A DNA stretch of 62,551 nt, counting the filler, from Pirum gemmata (Eukaryota), in assembly GCA_002812295.1 (NCBI GenBank). It is 12 parts of 12 records of this genome, joined end to end, with 100 filler letters (N's around TTAATTAATTAA, not from the genome) between each part and the next. Parts side by side here need not be neighbours in the genome. Positions count along the whole stretch, not along the records: positions 10,190 to 15,200 come from PDIN01000752.1; positions 15,301 to 20,307 come from PDIN01000753.1; positions 20,408 to 25,415 come from PDIN01000754.1; 9 more parts are not named here. The stretch is one strand, 5' to 3'. This document shows, one piece after another, positions 10,844 through 22,983 of this stretch. How positions within the stretch are numbered: the stretch's first letter is position 1; each line of letters starts with the position of its first letter. The notes beneath the pieces were generated by a model that was given only the letters and a program-made list of their open reading frames with translations, searched no databases and was not told where the DNA came from. Both the position numbers and the translations under genes were made by a program.

Positions 10844-13323
10844 TAAAATTAAACTATGATATTGATAGCTTCTCTAGCTAGCTAGCTACTCGCTACTAAT
10901 AATTAAAAACTATCATAATAATAAAAACGAACCTCACTACTAATCTAATAATAATTAAAAAAACTAATAATAAAAACGAACCTCACTACTAATAATAATT
11001 AAAAACTATTTTAAAAAAATAATAAAAACGAACCTCGCTACTGTATCGAATGTGATATAATTATTATGATAATAGTAGAAGGTAGGTAGGGAAATTAACG
11101 TCGAGGGGTAGGTAGGTAGGGGAGGGGGTATTTGAAACTGTATTTGACTGGAAACGCTCCGTCGCTCCCTAGCTAAGCTAGCTAGCTACCGATGTGTATG
11201 TAGCCTTCACGTGATTCGCTGAGGCTGTGATATTGATATGTCACTTTTCTGCTTGCCGAGTTTGCTGAAGTGCACACAGTAAACAAAATTCCTTTTTTGT
11301 TTTTTTTTGTCTGATAGTTCAGTTTTCGCAGCTGTTTTCAACTTTTCGCTGCAGACTTCAATGAGTCTGTAGATAGACATGATTTTTTTAAAAAAATAGT
11401 GCACACAAGTGACACAACTGGGTGCACACGACACAAGTCACACAACAAAATGCTACAAAATCAGGAAAAATCACACTAGCTATGATCATATAGGCAAAAT
11501 CACTACAATTTTTTTTTTTTTTTTTAAAAAAAGTCAAAATCGTACACAAACCATGAGACCTACCTTTAATTAACTATCTGATATCATAATATCATAGTAT
11601 GACTGTATGATAACAATGGTAGGTCTCAGAGCGCACCTTGGATTGTTTTATTCTTGGTAGTCTATGCTGAATCACTATGAATCAATGACACAACAAAATA
11701 CAACAACTGATTAGTTATTAATTCTCATTAGACGGTTTATGCCACTACTACGTCTCAATGATAGCAAGGTTTTTTCTAAAGGTTTACTCACAGTCTCGAG
11801 TCACAGATAACCTGGGATGATACTATGATGGATTATGCGATTTATAATCTCTCAATCATTATTTTGATAGATGCCTAGACTTTCGATACATTTCAAATTT
11901 TCGATACGGTAGATAGGCTGATAGGAACAGACTCCCACACAGTATTACATCTGAGACTATGATAGCTATCAAACCTATCATAGCTAGCTAGCTAGAGCTA
12001 GCTAGGCGCTGAAAATTTCCAGAGAAAATTTCTATATTTTTCGATTTTTTTTATTATTATTATTTTATATTATACTATTATTAATTTTTTTCAGTTATTT
12101 TTCCCATATTTTGAAATCCAGATTCAAGAGTCATGGAATGATGGACAACACTATTGAAAAACACAATAGTATCGAGGTATTGATATCATAAGTGTATCAT
12201 AGCAGTCTCTTGTTCCTAGCTCTAGCTAGCTATCATAGTATGATAGAAGACAATCATTCCAGTATCACTCAGTACTATGACTATGAGGTCTATCAGACAG
12301 TCTTTGGAGCTAGTAGGTAGCTAGCTAGCTAGCTTTTAGTACTATATATCAAGTGATATGACCACCATCATACTACTACTACTATCGATAGAAGCTCTAC
12401 TAGCTAGCTAGAGACTTTAAAAGTTAAATTATGATATATTGATCATTTACTTTATATTGAATATTATCAAAATAAAATCAAAATTTTGTTAATTATTTTT
12501 CATTAGTAGATTTGAATAAAATACTAATTAAATAAATTTCTNTTCTCGTTTTTTTACATTTCTAATTTATAATAAAATAAGTAATATTACATATTATTAA
12601 TATAATATATTATTGTTATTATCATTAACCATACATTATTAATTAATTATTAATTAAATTAAGTTATATATATAAATAATATCGTTTATTATTGATATAT
12701 ATAATAATAACTATGATGCACCTAGCTAGTAGACTACCAGCCAACTAACTATGATACTAGCTAGTCTAGCTACTAGCTAACTACTATCAGATACTACTAG
12801 CTAGCTAGTAGCTAGAGAGTAGCTAAGAGAGAGGTAGCTAGTAAGAGAGAGTATTGAGCACCTTGGTAGCTCTACCTACTACTACTAAATAGTATCAAAT
12901 TAATACAATAAACATCCATTTTATTTAATTTGGTATATTTTATAATATAATTATTAATTTAAAAATATCTATTCAAATATTATAACCAACAAAATAAATA
13001 TTCAGAGTGACAAAATAAATGAAAAGCACAATAACTATCATACCAGTTTTCTCTCTATCCACTAGCTAGCTAGCTAGTAGTAGAGGGAGGGATTACTATC
13101 GATATCGTCTAGCTAGCTAGTTCATTACAGTTGTCCTCTCAATCTTTAACTTGGTACTGTTTAATTGTATAATTGAACTTGTTTGTAACATAAAACATTA
13201 CATATAAAATACCAAATTAATTAAAACATGCCTGATAACTTAACCATAATAATAATTTGGTATGATACGTTTATTTCAGTTTTTGAATTATCAACACCTA
13301 CTACTATAGCTAGCTAGCTAGTA

Positions 13324-13469
13324 GGGAGCGTTCAAATACTACGTAACGCCAATTTCCGATCAAATACAGCTTCAAATACCCCTACCTACCTACCCCTCGA
13401 CGTTAATTTCCGGTCAAATACCACCTACCTACCTATCCCTTGACGTGACGTATTATTTGAACGATCCCC
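13324..13469. mobile_element. MITE family C (~146 bp), representative
   Basis: Long TIR GGGAGCGTTCAAATA(A/C)TACGT(A/C)ACG, TA on both flanks, internal CCTACCTACCTACCCC duplication. Copies: 7974-8092, 11078-11155, 22557-22690, 54878-55023, 55352-55495. Confidence 0.88.
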
Positions 13470-13488
13470 TAGCTAGCTAGTAGGAGTA

Positions 13489-13715
13489 GGGGTGAGATAT
13501 CTACTGGAACTTTTTTCGAACAGATGCTTATCGAGCCAACCTTAGTTCCGTGTTCTTTACTAATAATAGCAGTCAAATAACTTAAAATAGTAAATTTAAT
13601 TATAATAGTTACCAAGTAAAGTAATAATATTTACATTTTAATAGTAATAAAAACCATAAAAATCGGAAAGTTCCGGCAGCTGCTCGGTAATAATAAAATG
13701 ACGTCATCTCACCCC
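13489..13715. mobile_element. MITE family D (~225 bp), representative
   Basis: ta|GGGGTGAGAT...ATCTCACCCC|ta. Copies: 9523-9751, 53990-54198; diverged relative 55781-56013. Confidence 0.88.
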
Positions 13716-15302
13716 TACTCTAGTAGGTAGCTGGCTAGCTAGCTACTAGTATCGATGGATATGATGGTGCCACAGTAGGTCTCCCGTGCCTCTAGCTAGC
13801 TGGTCCCGTGGCGACTCATTTGAGCTCATTCGAGTGGCCCAGTTGCCGATAACAACTTTTAACAAGTACCAACCCTATCCAATCCACATGAAGATTTCTA
13901 ATAATGATAGTATTTTTATTGGTAGATTAAGATTCTTACTATATAAAGTATAATATATTCGACCTATATTCGGCATCTTAATAAGAAGAATACTATTATG
14001 ATTATATTTTCTAAGATATTTTTTAATCTTTTTCTTCTCGTAGACTAGTTATCGATAGCTAACTTCTCAAAGAATATGACTGAATAAAAATATTATTATG
14101 TGGACAAACACTACAAACACATCAAATAATATTTATATATATATTATGTACAAGGTTATCAAATTTGATTCACGATGGAAATGTGTTGGTGGTATTGACA
14201 TAACTGCTGATTGGAGTTCGTGGAATTTGAAAATTTTGAAAGTGATAAAATTATATAAACATTAATTGATATCAATATTGTTGTTATGATGGATTATAAT
14301 ATTTAATAGTATTAGAGAGCTATTACTAAGAGATTAGTATTTTATTATTTATCATTTTCATCATCATTATTATTGCTATTATTACTATTATTAATCAATT
14401 GTTTTAATATTTTGCTGAGTATATAAACAAACTTGTGAAGAATTGGAAAATTTTACGATCGCTCGTTGATAAAAAAAATACAAAATTTAATACAATGTCA
14501 TGTTTATTTTTGAACAATATTATCATAATAATAATTACTTTCGCAAACACTCTAAAAACATAATTATTATCGAGTTATGTAAATTATTTTTTAATTTATG
14601 ATATAATAATAATATAGGCTATTTCATTACACAGCTGTCCTCTCAATCTTCAATCTGGTACTGTTTAAGTGTATAATTGAACTTTTTTATAAAATAAAAT
14701 ATTAAATATTAAATACCAAATTAATTAAAACATGCCTGATAGTTTAACCATAATAATAATTTGGTACTTATTTCAGTTTTTAACTGGACAACACTATTGA
14801 AAAACGCTGTTGAAAAACGCGATAGTCTAATATCATAATAATGCTCTACAGAAAACAGTAGTCTATATATGATGAATAATAATAATAATAATAAAAGTCA
14901 ACAGGATAATTTCTAGCTATGATAGAGCTCTTAGTATATATGATAATACTATTAGTCATAGTATTAATAGTATGTAGTGGTAGTAGTAGGTCTAGCTAGC
15001 AGTAGTGGTAGTAGTGGTAGTGGTCAGTGGTAGTGGTAGTGGTAGTAGCGGTATTAGTAGTAGTAGTGGTGGACACTTTATTATCTACACTGCTTTTATT
15101 AGTACTATTGTCATTGCTACAATCATTATCATATCATAAGAAAAACTGCAACGGCACCGCTGGCCTACCGCAAAAAATGTAACATTATTTGACTAGTCTA
15201 NNNNNNNNNNNNNNNNNNNNNNNNNNNNNNNNNNNNNNNNNNNNTTAATTAATTAANNNNNNNNNNNNNNNNNNNNNNNNNNNNNNNNNNNNNNNNNNNN
15301 TA

Positions 15303-15438
15303 CCTTTGCTTATTACGCAAACGTTCCAGTTTCTAAAAGGATTAAAAAGCCGGTTAGGGCCTGTTTTACTTCAAGATGTTGTTACCTATGAAAATATGAA
15401 ACAGCACTTGAACGATGAAGAGAGGGAACAATTGAATG

Positions 15439-15443
<5 letters not shown>
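15303..15443 (+). CDS. 3' end of an unknown gene, 5' truncated
   Basis: Open from contig start: PLLITQTFQFLKGLKSRLGPVLLQDVVTYENMKQHLNDEEREQLNV*; coding-like composition; convergent with the PHD gene. Confidence 0.55.
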
Positions 15444-15470
<27 letters not shown>

Positions 15471-15500
15471 GAATAAGAGTAAGAATAAGAATGAGAATAA

Positions 15501-15533
<33 letters not shown>

Positions 15534-15653
15534 TAATAATAATAATAAGCATCAGAAATTTATTTCGATAAATAAAAAAATATGTAATATTTTTAATAGA
15601 GTAGTTTATTTCTCAAATTAATGTAGTTATATGAACTTAAAATATAATGAATG

Positions 15654-18600
15654 TCAACGATAACTTCTTCTTCTTCCACTACTTCTTTTTGAACAATTAT
15701 GGCAAAACCAAGAAATATCTTTGAAGGAATTATTACCTTCATCAAGGCCAACACACATTCCATGGAACCACTTCTGACACTTGTCACATTGAAGCATAAA
15801 TTGTGAATTGTAAGGTCCTTCACAAACTCCACAGTTTTCAGATGGACCATCCTGCTCAATCGCGGATTTTTCTTCTTTCACACCCTTGCCTTCATCACCA
15901 AGTTTTTTGTCTTTTCCCCTTGTGGTATTGGAACCTTTCCCGTTTTCTTTGCTATCCTTACTATCGGACTCTTTGCTAGATTTCTTACTTTTGGGTCCTT
16001 CTTTTGGTTGTTCTAATCCTTTATCCTCTTCAGCATCATGGTTCCTTATCTTCCTTGAACTTCTTCCACCTCTAGTTTGCTCTCTCACACTACTTTCTTC
16101 TTTTACTTTCCTACTAGATCTGGACACACTTTTATTTTCCGCCGAGTTGTCAATTTGGGAGTTTTTATTTTTGGTAGAACTTTCACTTTCAGGTTTTGAT
16201 TTTTTGGAAGTAAATCTACCATATTTGTTTCTAGAGGAACTTCTAACCGAATCTGGTAATTCTTCATCTTCGTTGGCTTCGTTGGTTTCGTTGGCTTCGT
16301 TATATTTACGTTTTGCTACTTTTGACACATCTTTCCGCTTGGTTTCCGCTTCTTCAGCCTCGACCTTTGGGTTGGTTCTCTTTTTGGGTATTTTCGGGTT
16401 ATTAAGGGTATCCGTGTCTTCATATTTGTTATTTTCATCTCGATGACGTTTATTTCTTTTCCGCGAATCTTTCGAATCTCTTTCAGATTCTTCAACTTCC
16501 TGTTGTCGCCTGGTTGTTTTTTCAATTTTGTCATCTTTATCATCTTCTTCATCACCTCGTTTTCGTTTATTTCTGTTTCGCAGTCCTCTCACCTCAGTTT
16601 CTTCCTCCTCCTCAGCATTGGCCTCACTATATTTTCGCTTCTTTCCAATTTCTTCGCACTCTTCTTTTTTACTGTCCTGCTTTCTACTACTTCTACCTCG
16701 TCTATTTTTACGCTCACTTTCTTTAGGTAACATGTCTTTAATTTCAACAGTACGGTTTTCACTTTTGTCGTTTTCGCTTTTCGCTTTTCGATCTTTACCT
16801 CTTGTCCTTCTATCGTTAATGTCTTCAATCTCTTCCTCTTTTTCAGCTTTTTTTGAGCATATATTACCAACCCTATTCTTTTCTTTACCATCCTTATTTC
16901 TATTTCTTTTAATATCCTTTTGTTCACTCAGACAATCAGTATCGTCTTTATACTTGCTCCTCCTTCTACGGCTATCACTACCTTCAGGAATTTTTGCATC
17001 TTTTTCTTTTTCCTTTTCCTTTTCTCTATCTTTTTCTTTTTCTTTTTCTTTTTCTTTTTCTTTTTCTTTTGCTTTTGCTTTTGCTTTTTCTTTTTCTTTT
17101 TCTTTTTCTTTTTCTTTTTCTTTTTCTTTTTCTTTTTCTTTTTCTTTTTCTTTTCTATTTGATATATCTTTATCCCCCTTTTCTCCTCGTCGTGACCCTC
17201 TGAATCTATTTTTTCTACTATCCTTATCCTCCTTATCCTCCTTATCTTCCTTATCTTCCTTACCCCCCTTATCATTCTTATCTTCCTTACCACCCTTACT
17301 CTCCTTGTTCTCGTTCTCTTCTTTTTTATCTTTAGATCTCGTTCTTCGAGATTCAATCATGTTGTCATCATCTTTATCATTAAATCTCTTATCAGTTTTA
17401 CTAACATCACGTCTCTCCTTACCTCTTGATCTAGACCTTCGATACATATCTTGGTCAAAATCTTCATCTCCTTCAAATTTATCTTTATGTTTACTATGCT
17501 CAACCTCATTATCTACAGTTACTTTATCTTTGTTTTCAAAATCACGTTTCTTGGATTTAATATTCTCCTTTTCTCTTTTGTTGCTCATTTTACTATTTTC
17601 ATTGCTGTGTTCGTTATCAAAATTTTCTTTAACTTTATCTTTACCTTGTTTGTTAGTTTTCTCACCCGTTTCATCTTTTTTGTCTTTTTTGTCTTTTTTT
17701 CCTCTTTCATCCTTTTCATCACTTACATCCTTATTTTCATTCTTTTCTTCCAAATGAACTCTTCTTGTATTGCCTTTCTTTTTATTCCCCCTTCCTTTCA
17801 ATTTTATATCTTGCTCCTCATTCTCATCATTCGGTTCTACAGTATCATTATTACTCTTAGTTTCATCTCTTTTATCGTTATTTTTCGTTTCTCGCCCTAT
17901 ATTATCTTCCTCCATCATATCATCATCATTATTCTCGTTGTTCTCGTTTTTACCCTTACGCATAGTAGTATTCCTTTTCCTACTTTTAGGTCTACCTTTC
18001 CCTCTTTGGTCTGCTGTTGAAATAGGGTTTTTGATTGATACATCTAGTGCAGTTGAAAGTTTTTCGGTTTCCTCTGTTTCGTCACCTTTACGATTAAGGG
18101 GAGATGATCCAAATTTCAAAATGGCACTATCCTCCTCCTCCTCCTCCCCAGGTTGATGCTTTCTTCGCTTTTCTTTCTTTCTTTTTCGTTTCCTTTCCCT
18201 CTTTTTCTTAATAACAAGCTGAAGCAATCCCATATGGTCATCGTCAGTGCTGGCATCGGGATCCTGGTCTACATCAATCTCTTGCGATTCCTCGTCATGT
18301 ATTCTAATGGACCTTCTAGTTTCCTTTCTTACTTTAGTGGCAACTTCTTTTATTTCGCTTTTTCCCTTTGTTTTAACCTTGGGTTGGCCATATCCAATAT
18401 CAACGACATTTTCTTCATCTGCATCTACATCTCCATCTTTACCTACAACATCAATGTCGTTACTATCAGGATCCGGTTTACTCTTTATTTTCTCGTCATT
18501 ATTCCTATCTTTCGCAGATGTAGTTTTTTTCTTGGGTATTCGATATTCCGGCTCTGCTTTTGGTGAAGTCGGTAGAGAAAAAGTTGTAGATGTTAACAAC

Positions 18601-19757
18601 TGCTTATCATTTTCTTTGTCGTTAGGTTGTGTTTTTTGTGTGTTTTTCTTTCTACCCTTCTTTCTACCCAACTTTTTCTTGTTAGTGGTTTTCTTTACAG
18701 GTTCTTCATCATCCTCGTCGCCCCCAAACTTAACTAATAAGTTACTGGTCTTATCTTCCTTCTTTGAAACTTTTTCTCCGTCATCGGCGGATTGTTTCTT
18801 TTTCCTTCTTTTCCTGCCTCTTATGGGTGGTTCAGTTTCCATGTTAGAATCTGGTACAGAATCACTACCCTTTTCCAGGGAATCCTCAGCTGAAACCAAA
18901 GTTTCTAACTTAACTGACGGTTCTTCTGTTATAGTTTCCTTACCATCATTCTCTGCAGCATCTTTATTTGCGACATTATTATCTGGATCATCGTTACCTG
19001 GATCATTTGCAAAGGTAATAATTGAACTTTTTTTCGTATACTTGCGCTTCTGTTTACGCGGCAGGTTACCATCTGGATTCAACCCCATACTTTCCAATTG
19101 CTTTGCCTTTTTAGCGGCAAGCTTCGCAGCTTGCTTTTTCGATTGCTTGTATTTTCGCTTTGGTTTGTCACCCGCATTTTCTGCCACAACTGCTGAAGTA
19201 TTTTCATCAACTTTATTTTGTTCAGTCTCCTGCTTTAACAGATTTTCCTTTTCCTGTTCCTTTTCCTGTTCCCGTTTCAATTTCTTTAACCTGATACGTT
19301 CTTGTTTTAAGCGTTTTTGCTCTTGTTTTAAGCGTTTAGCCTCCAGTCTTTTAGCTTTAGCAGTCAAACGCGCTTTGCTTCTAATGGCAGCAAAAGTAGG
19401 TTCTTTACCACTTTCATCTTTCAAAGCAGCGACAGCGGTAGGTTTGGTCTTACCAGTCACGGTTGAATCATTGTCATCGGTATCTTTGCTCTGATCATTG
19501 TCTGTAAAAGAGTCTCCAAATCTTAATTTAATAGGAGGTGATGCCATTCCACGTGTGCTGTGGTAAGAAGGTGATCCTCGAGTCGGAGAAGCACTCGGAG
19601 AAGGAGAGGAGTTAACCATATCTTGTAACAAATCTTTGAAAGACTCGGAAGCTTCTTTCAGTGCTTTTTTGTCATTTACAACATCGTCCTTATCACTGTC
19701 TTCTCCTTCACTGGAAATATCAGTCATTCCATCACCATCTTCTGCATCTCCAGAAAT
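15654..19757 (-). CDS. Large charged low-complexity nuclear protein with C-terminal PHD finger (last exon)
   Basis: C-terminal CGVC...CDKCQKWFHGMC...WFCHNC fits C4HC3 PHD; RGKGRPK AT-hook-like motif; KE repeats. Exon starts after acceptor tttttcAG at 19758-19759, phase 0, 10 codons before the ORF-track Met. Confidence 0.9.
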   Translation of the reverse strand: MSGDAEDGDGMTDISSEGEDSDKDDVVNDKKALKEASESFKDLLQDMVNSSPSPSASPTRGSPSYHSTRGMASPPIKLRFGDSFTDNDQSKDTDDNDSTVTGKTKPTAVAALKDESGKEPTFAAIRSKARLTAKAKRLEAKRLKQEQKRLKQERIRLKKLKREQEKEQEKENLLKQETEQNKVDENTSAVVAENAGDKPKRKYKQSKKQAAKLAAKKAKQLESMGLNPDGNLPRKQKRKYTKKSSIITFANDPGNDDPDNNVANKDAAENDGKETITEEPSVKLETLVSAEDSLEKGSDSVPDSNMETEPPIRGRKRRKKKQSADDGEKVSKKEDKTSNLLVKFGGDEDDEEPVKKTTNKKKLGRKKGRKKNTQKTQPNDKENDKQLLTSTTFSLPTSPKAEPEYRIPKKKTTSAKDRNNDEKIKSKPDPDSNDIDVVGKDGDVDADEENVVDIGYGQPKVKTKGKSEIKEVATKVRKETRRSIRIHDEESQEIDVDQDPDASTDDDHMGLLQLVIKKKRERKRKRKKEKRRKHQPGEEEEEDSAILKFGSSPLNRKGDETEETEKLSTALDVSIKNPISTADQRGKGRPKSRKRNTTMRKGKNENNENNDDDMMEEDNIGRETKNNDKRDETKSNNDTVEPNDENEEQDIKLKGRGNKKKGNTRRVHLEEKNENKDVSDEKDERGKKDKKDKKDETGEKTNKQGKDKVKENFDNEHSNENSKMSNKREKENIKSKKRDFENKDKVTVDNEVEHSKHKDKFEGDEDFDQDMYRRSRSRGKERRDVSKTDKRFNDKDDDNMIESRRTRSKDKKEENENKESKGGKEDKNDKGGKEDKEDKEDKEDKDSRKNRFRGSRRGEKGDKDISNRKEKEKEKEKEKEKEKEKEKEKEKAKAKAKEKEKEKEKEKEKDREKEKEKEKDAKIPEGSDSRRRRSKYKDDTDCLSEQKDIKRNRNKDGKEKNRVGNICSKKAEKEEEIEDINDRRTRGKDRKAKSENDKSENRTVEIKDMLPKESERKNRRGRSSRKQDSKKEECEEIGKKRKYSEANAEEEEETEVRGLRNRNKRKRGDEEDDKDDKIEKTTRRQQEVEESERDSKDSRKRNKRHRDENNKYEDTDTLNNPKIPKKRTNPKVEAEEAETKRKDVSKVAKRKYNEANETNEANEDEELPDSVRSSSRNKYGRFTSKKSKPESESSTKNKNSQIDNSAENKSVSRSSRKVKEESSVREQTRGGRSSRKIRNHDAEEDKGLEQPKEGPKSKKSSKESDSKDSKENGKGSNTTRGKDKKLGDEGKGVKEEKSAIEQDGPSENCGVCEGPYNSQFMLQCDKCQKWFHGMCVGLDEGNNSFKDISWFCHNCSKRSSGRRRSYR

Positions 19758-20084
19758 CTGAAAAATGTAGAGGGGTCATTAAGAATACATAAATATATTA
19801 ATAATTATCTACCATTATTATTATTCGTTTACATTAATCACCATTGTTTAGTACGTATTATTCATTATGTATTATTATTACGTATATTCGTCATTTAACA
19901 AAACATTAAACTGATGTTATCACTTTTAAATTTTTTTTCGTTAAGCTATTACCAAACTAGAAAAATTAAATTTAACTGGCAAAAATGACATATATTTCAA
20001 TACCATATTCATTAAAAAAAAGGAGGTGTGTGTGTGTGTGTGTGTGAAGAATAATATGAATCATTAATATGTATATAATATTAC

Positions 20085-20224
20085 CTTGAAACCAGGTGCC
20101 ATAGAAGCTCGTCTACTTAACGCAAACATATTGTTATCCATGCCAACCATCGAAGTGAACGACAAATTGTCTGTGTAAGTAATTTGCTCGTATTCGTTGA
20201 TAACAATCTCATTGTTCGCTGTTT
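20085..20224 (-). CDS. Upstream exon of the PHD-finger gene
   Basis: Acceptor ttattatAG (20225-20226), donor aag|GTaa (20084). 140-nt exon reads TANNEIVINEYEQITY...SRRASMAPGFK and joins 19757 in frame; intron 19758-20084. Confidence 0.8.
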
Positions 20225-20407
20225 CTATAATAAAAAAAGGTTATTACTACGGGGTACTAACTTTATTGCAACTAAAAACTATAACTCTCAAAATAAAAAT
20301 AATAACANNNNNNNNNNNNNNNNNNNNNNNNNNNNNNNNNNNNNNNNNNNNTTAATTAATTAANNNNNNNNNNNNNNNNNNNNNNNNNNNNNNNNNNNNN
20401 NNNNNNN

Positions 20408-20712
20408 ATAAATAATAAATAATAAAGAATAAAGAATAAAGAATAAATAATAAATAATAAATAATAAATAATAAATAATAAATAATAAATAATAAAGAAT
20501 ATAAAGAATAAAGAATAAAGAATAAAGAATAAAGAATAAAGAATAAAGAATAAAGAATAAAGAATAAATAATAAATAATAAATAATAAATAATAAATAAT
20601 AAATAATAAATAATAAAGAATATAAAGAATAAAGAATAAAGAATAAAGAATAAGAATAAATAATAAAGAATAAATAATAAAGAATAAATAATAAATAATA
20701 AAGAATAAAATA
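20408..20712. repeat. (AATAAA[G/T])n heptamer satellite
   Basis: Direct reading. Confidence 0.95.
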
Positions 20713-22083
20713 ATAATTTTAAAAAAAATTATTTTTTTAATTTTTATCATAAATTATTAAAAAAAAAAATAGCCTATCATCTCTATCATTACCAGCACGA
20801 TAGCTAGCTGCTAGCTACTAGAACCACTCTATCGTACTGGCTAGCTAGCTAGAGAGTGGTAGAATTCCAGTCTGGCTATCACCAGGTCCTGTTAAACAAG
20901 TGCTAACATGATAACATCAAGTACTCATCAAGCCTTCTAAAGTATCATAGATTGGTGGTTAGAGAAAGCTCTCTACTATTTTAAAAAAAGTTAATACTAG
21001 CTAGTTGAACTCGAGAGCCTTAGAAACTACGCTGACAGATACTTATACTTAATTAAGTAATATTGGAAACAAATTTGGAATTAGTGAAGAAAAGCTGGCT
21101 TGTTTAGGTTTAAATTTGACCCCCCGATTTTTTTTTTTTGGAATGACATGATTGTACAGTTGACAATTTCGGGGAGGCCCAAAATTGCCCCCAAATGGGG
21201 GTTGGGGGAGCTGTTGAAGCTGCTGTTCCCTCCTCTATTAGCTATGATTAGACTATGATAGACTTTTATGATACGATATCGATAGTTGGTTTCCTAAAAA
21301 TTCCTATAGAATTTGTAATGTCTGAAAAAAATTAAGCTATTTTTAGAATTTGTACCAAATCCAAATTTTTGCGTTTCTAAAAATTTTTTTTTTTAAAATA
21401 TGATAATATAAAAAATAATATTAAATTATGATAAATTATTATTATACTTTATCATATTTATCATAGCTTAGTATACTAAACTTATACTAAGCTATATAGT
21501 ATTATTATATTACCTGCATCAAGGACTTCAATTTTTTGTATCAAGGACTTCAATTTCTATTATAAATATGTAATAATAGTAAAATATTTATAATTCTGTA
21601 TACATAATATAATATTAATTACATTAATATAATATTATATTATTNNNNNNNNNNNNNNNNNNNNNNNNNNNNNNNNNNNNNNNNNNNNNNNNNNNNNNNN
21701 NNNNNNNNNNNNNNNNNNNNNNNNNNNNNNNNNNNNNNNNNNNNNNNNNNTATATATTAATATTATTATTATAATATAAAATTATAAATGTGATGTGATT
21801 AATATTGTATTTAAAAAAAAAAAAAATTTCTTTATCTGCAGCTGAGATAATATTAAACCCGGTCTACAGTCCAGCTATCGTGTTTTTCAATAGTGGTATT
21901 TTATATATAATATTGTATTTATAACCCAGTTCAATTATACAATTAAACAGTACCAAATTAAAGATTGAGAGGATAACTATAATGAAGTAGATGATAGTGT
22001 ATAAATATTCCTGTATCTATATATTATATTATTTATGGTCCAATTATGGATATATTGATATTTTTTAATTAAAAAAATTAAAG

Positions 22084-22143
<60 letters not shown>

Positions 22144-22784
22144 CAAATAGCGAAATAGTGAAATAGCGGACCAGGGTACTCATTATTAGCGTGTGATAGT
22201 CAACTAACTGACTACTATCTATAGTGACTACTATTGTGCTTTTCATTTATTTTGTCACTCCGAATATTTAGTTGTCACTCCGAATATTTATTTGGTTGTT
22301 TATAATATTTCAATTGATACTTTTAAATAAATCAATATATAATAAAATATAACAAATTAAATGAAATGAATTTATATTGTATTAATATAATTTTGGTACC
22401 ATTTATTGTATACTTTATGACGATAGAGTTACTATCGATACTACTTAGTATCATACTTAGTACTGTGGTGCAGGGGTAGATGAAACTGTAAATAAGTTCT
22501 GAAATAGACCTTGTCTAGTAGTAGCTAGCTCTAGCTAGTAGTTAGTTGGCTAACTAAGGGTGCGTTCAAATAATACGTCACGTCAAGGGGTAGGTAGGTA
22601 GGTGGTATTTGACCTGGAAATTAACGTCTAGGGGTAGGTAGGTATCGGTATTAAATTTTGAAGCTGTATTTGACCAGAAGTTGGCGTTAAAGTCTTGAAC
22701 TACTTGAAGTCTTGATAGTAGTATGGTAATAATTAGTACCGTATTACCACAAAGTATTTGCAGGCTTTGCAACACAAAGTATTA

Positions 22785-22983
22785 TCGTATTTTTCAATAG
22801 TGTTGTCCAGTTCAAAAACTGAAATGATATATTAAAACATATACCGAATTATTATTATGGTTAAACCAACAGAAATGTTTTAATTAATTTGGACTTAATG
22901 TTGTATTTTATAAACAATTTCAATTATACACTTAAACAGCACCAAATTAAAAATTGAGAGGATAACTATAATGAAATAGACGA
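22785..22983. mobile_element. MITE family B (~195 bp), representative
   Basis: ta|TCGTATTTTTCAATAGTGTTGTCC...AATGAAATAGACGA|ta. About 15 copies: 7340-7543, 8128-8272, 8462-8637, 13122-13297, 14619-14822, 21878-21994, 25643-25681, 33733-33919, 35748-35922, 44565-44752, 45644-45811, 47407-47551, 48723-49020, 54630-54812. Confidence 0.85.

Noticed and set aside
12720..12885. Ciliate-type TA-bounded IESs or reassigned stop codons
   Set aside because: Genes are intact under the standard code and no TA-bounded insert interrupts an exon.
15886..19494. Long + strand ORFs (409, 415 aa and others)
   Set aside because: Antisense shadows of the K/E/D-rich PHD gene.
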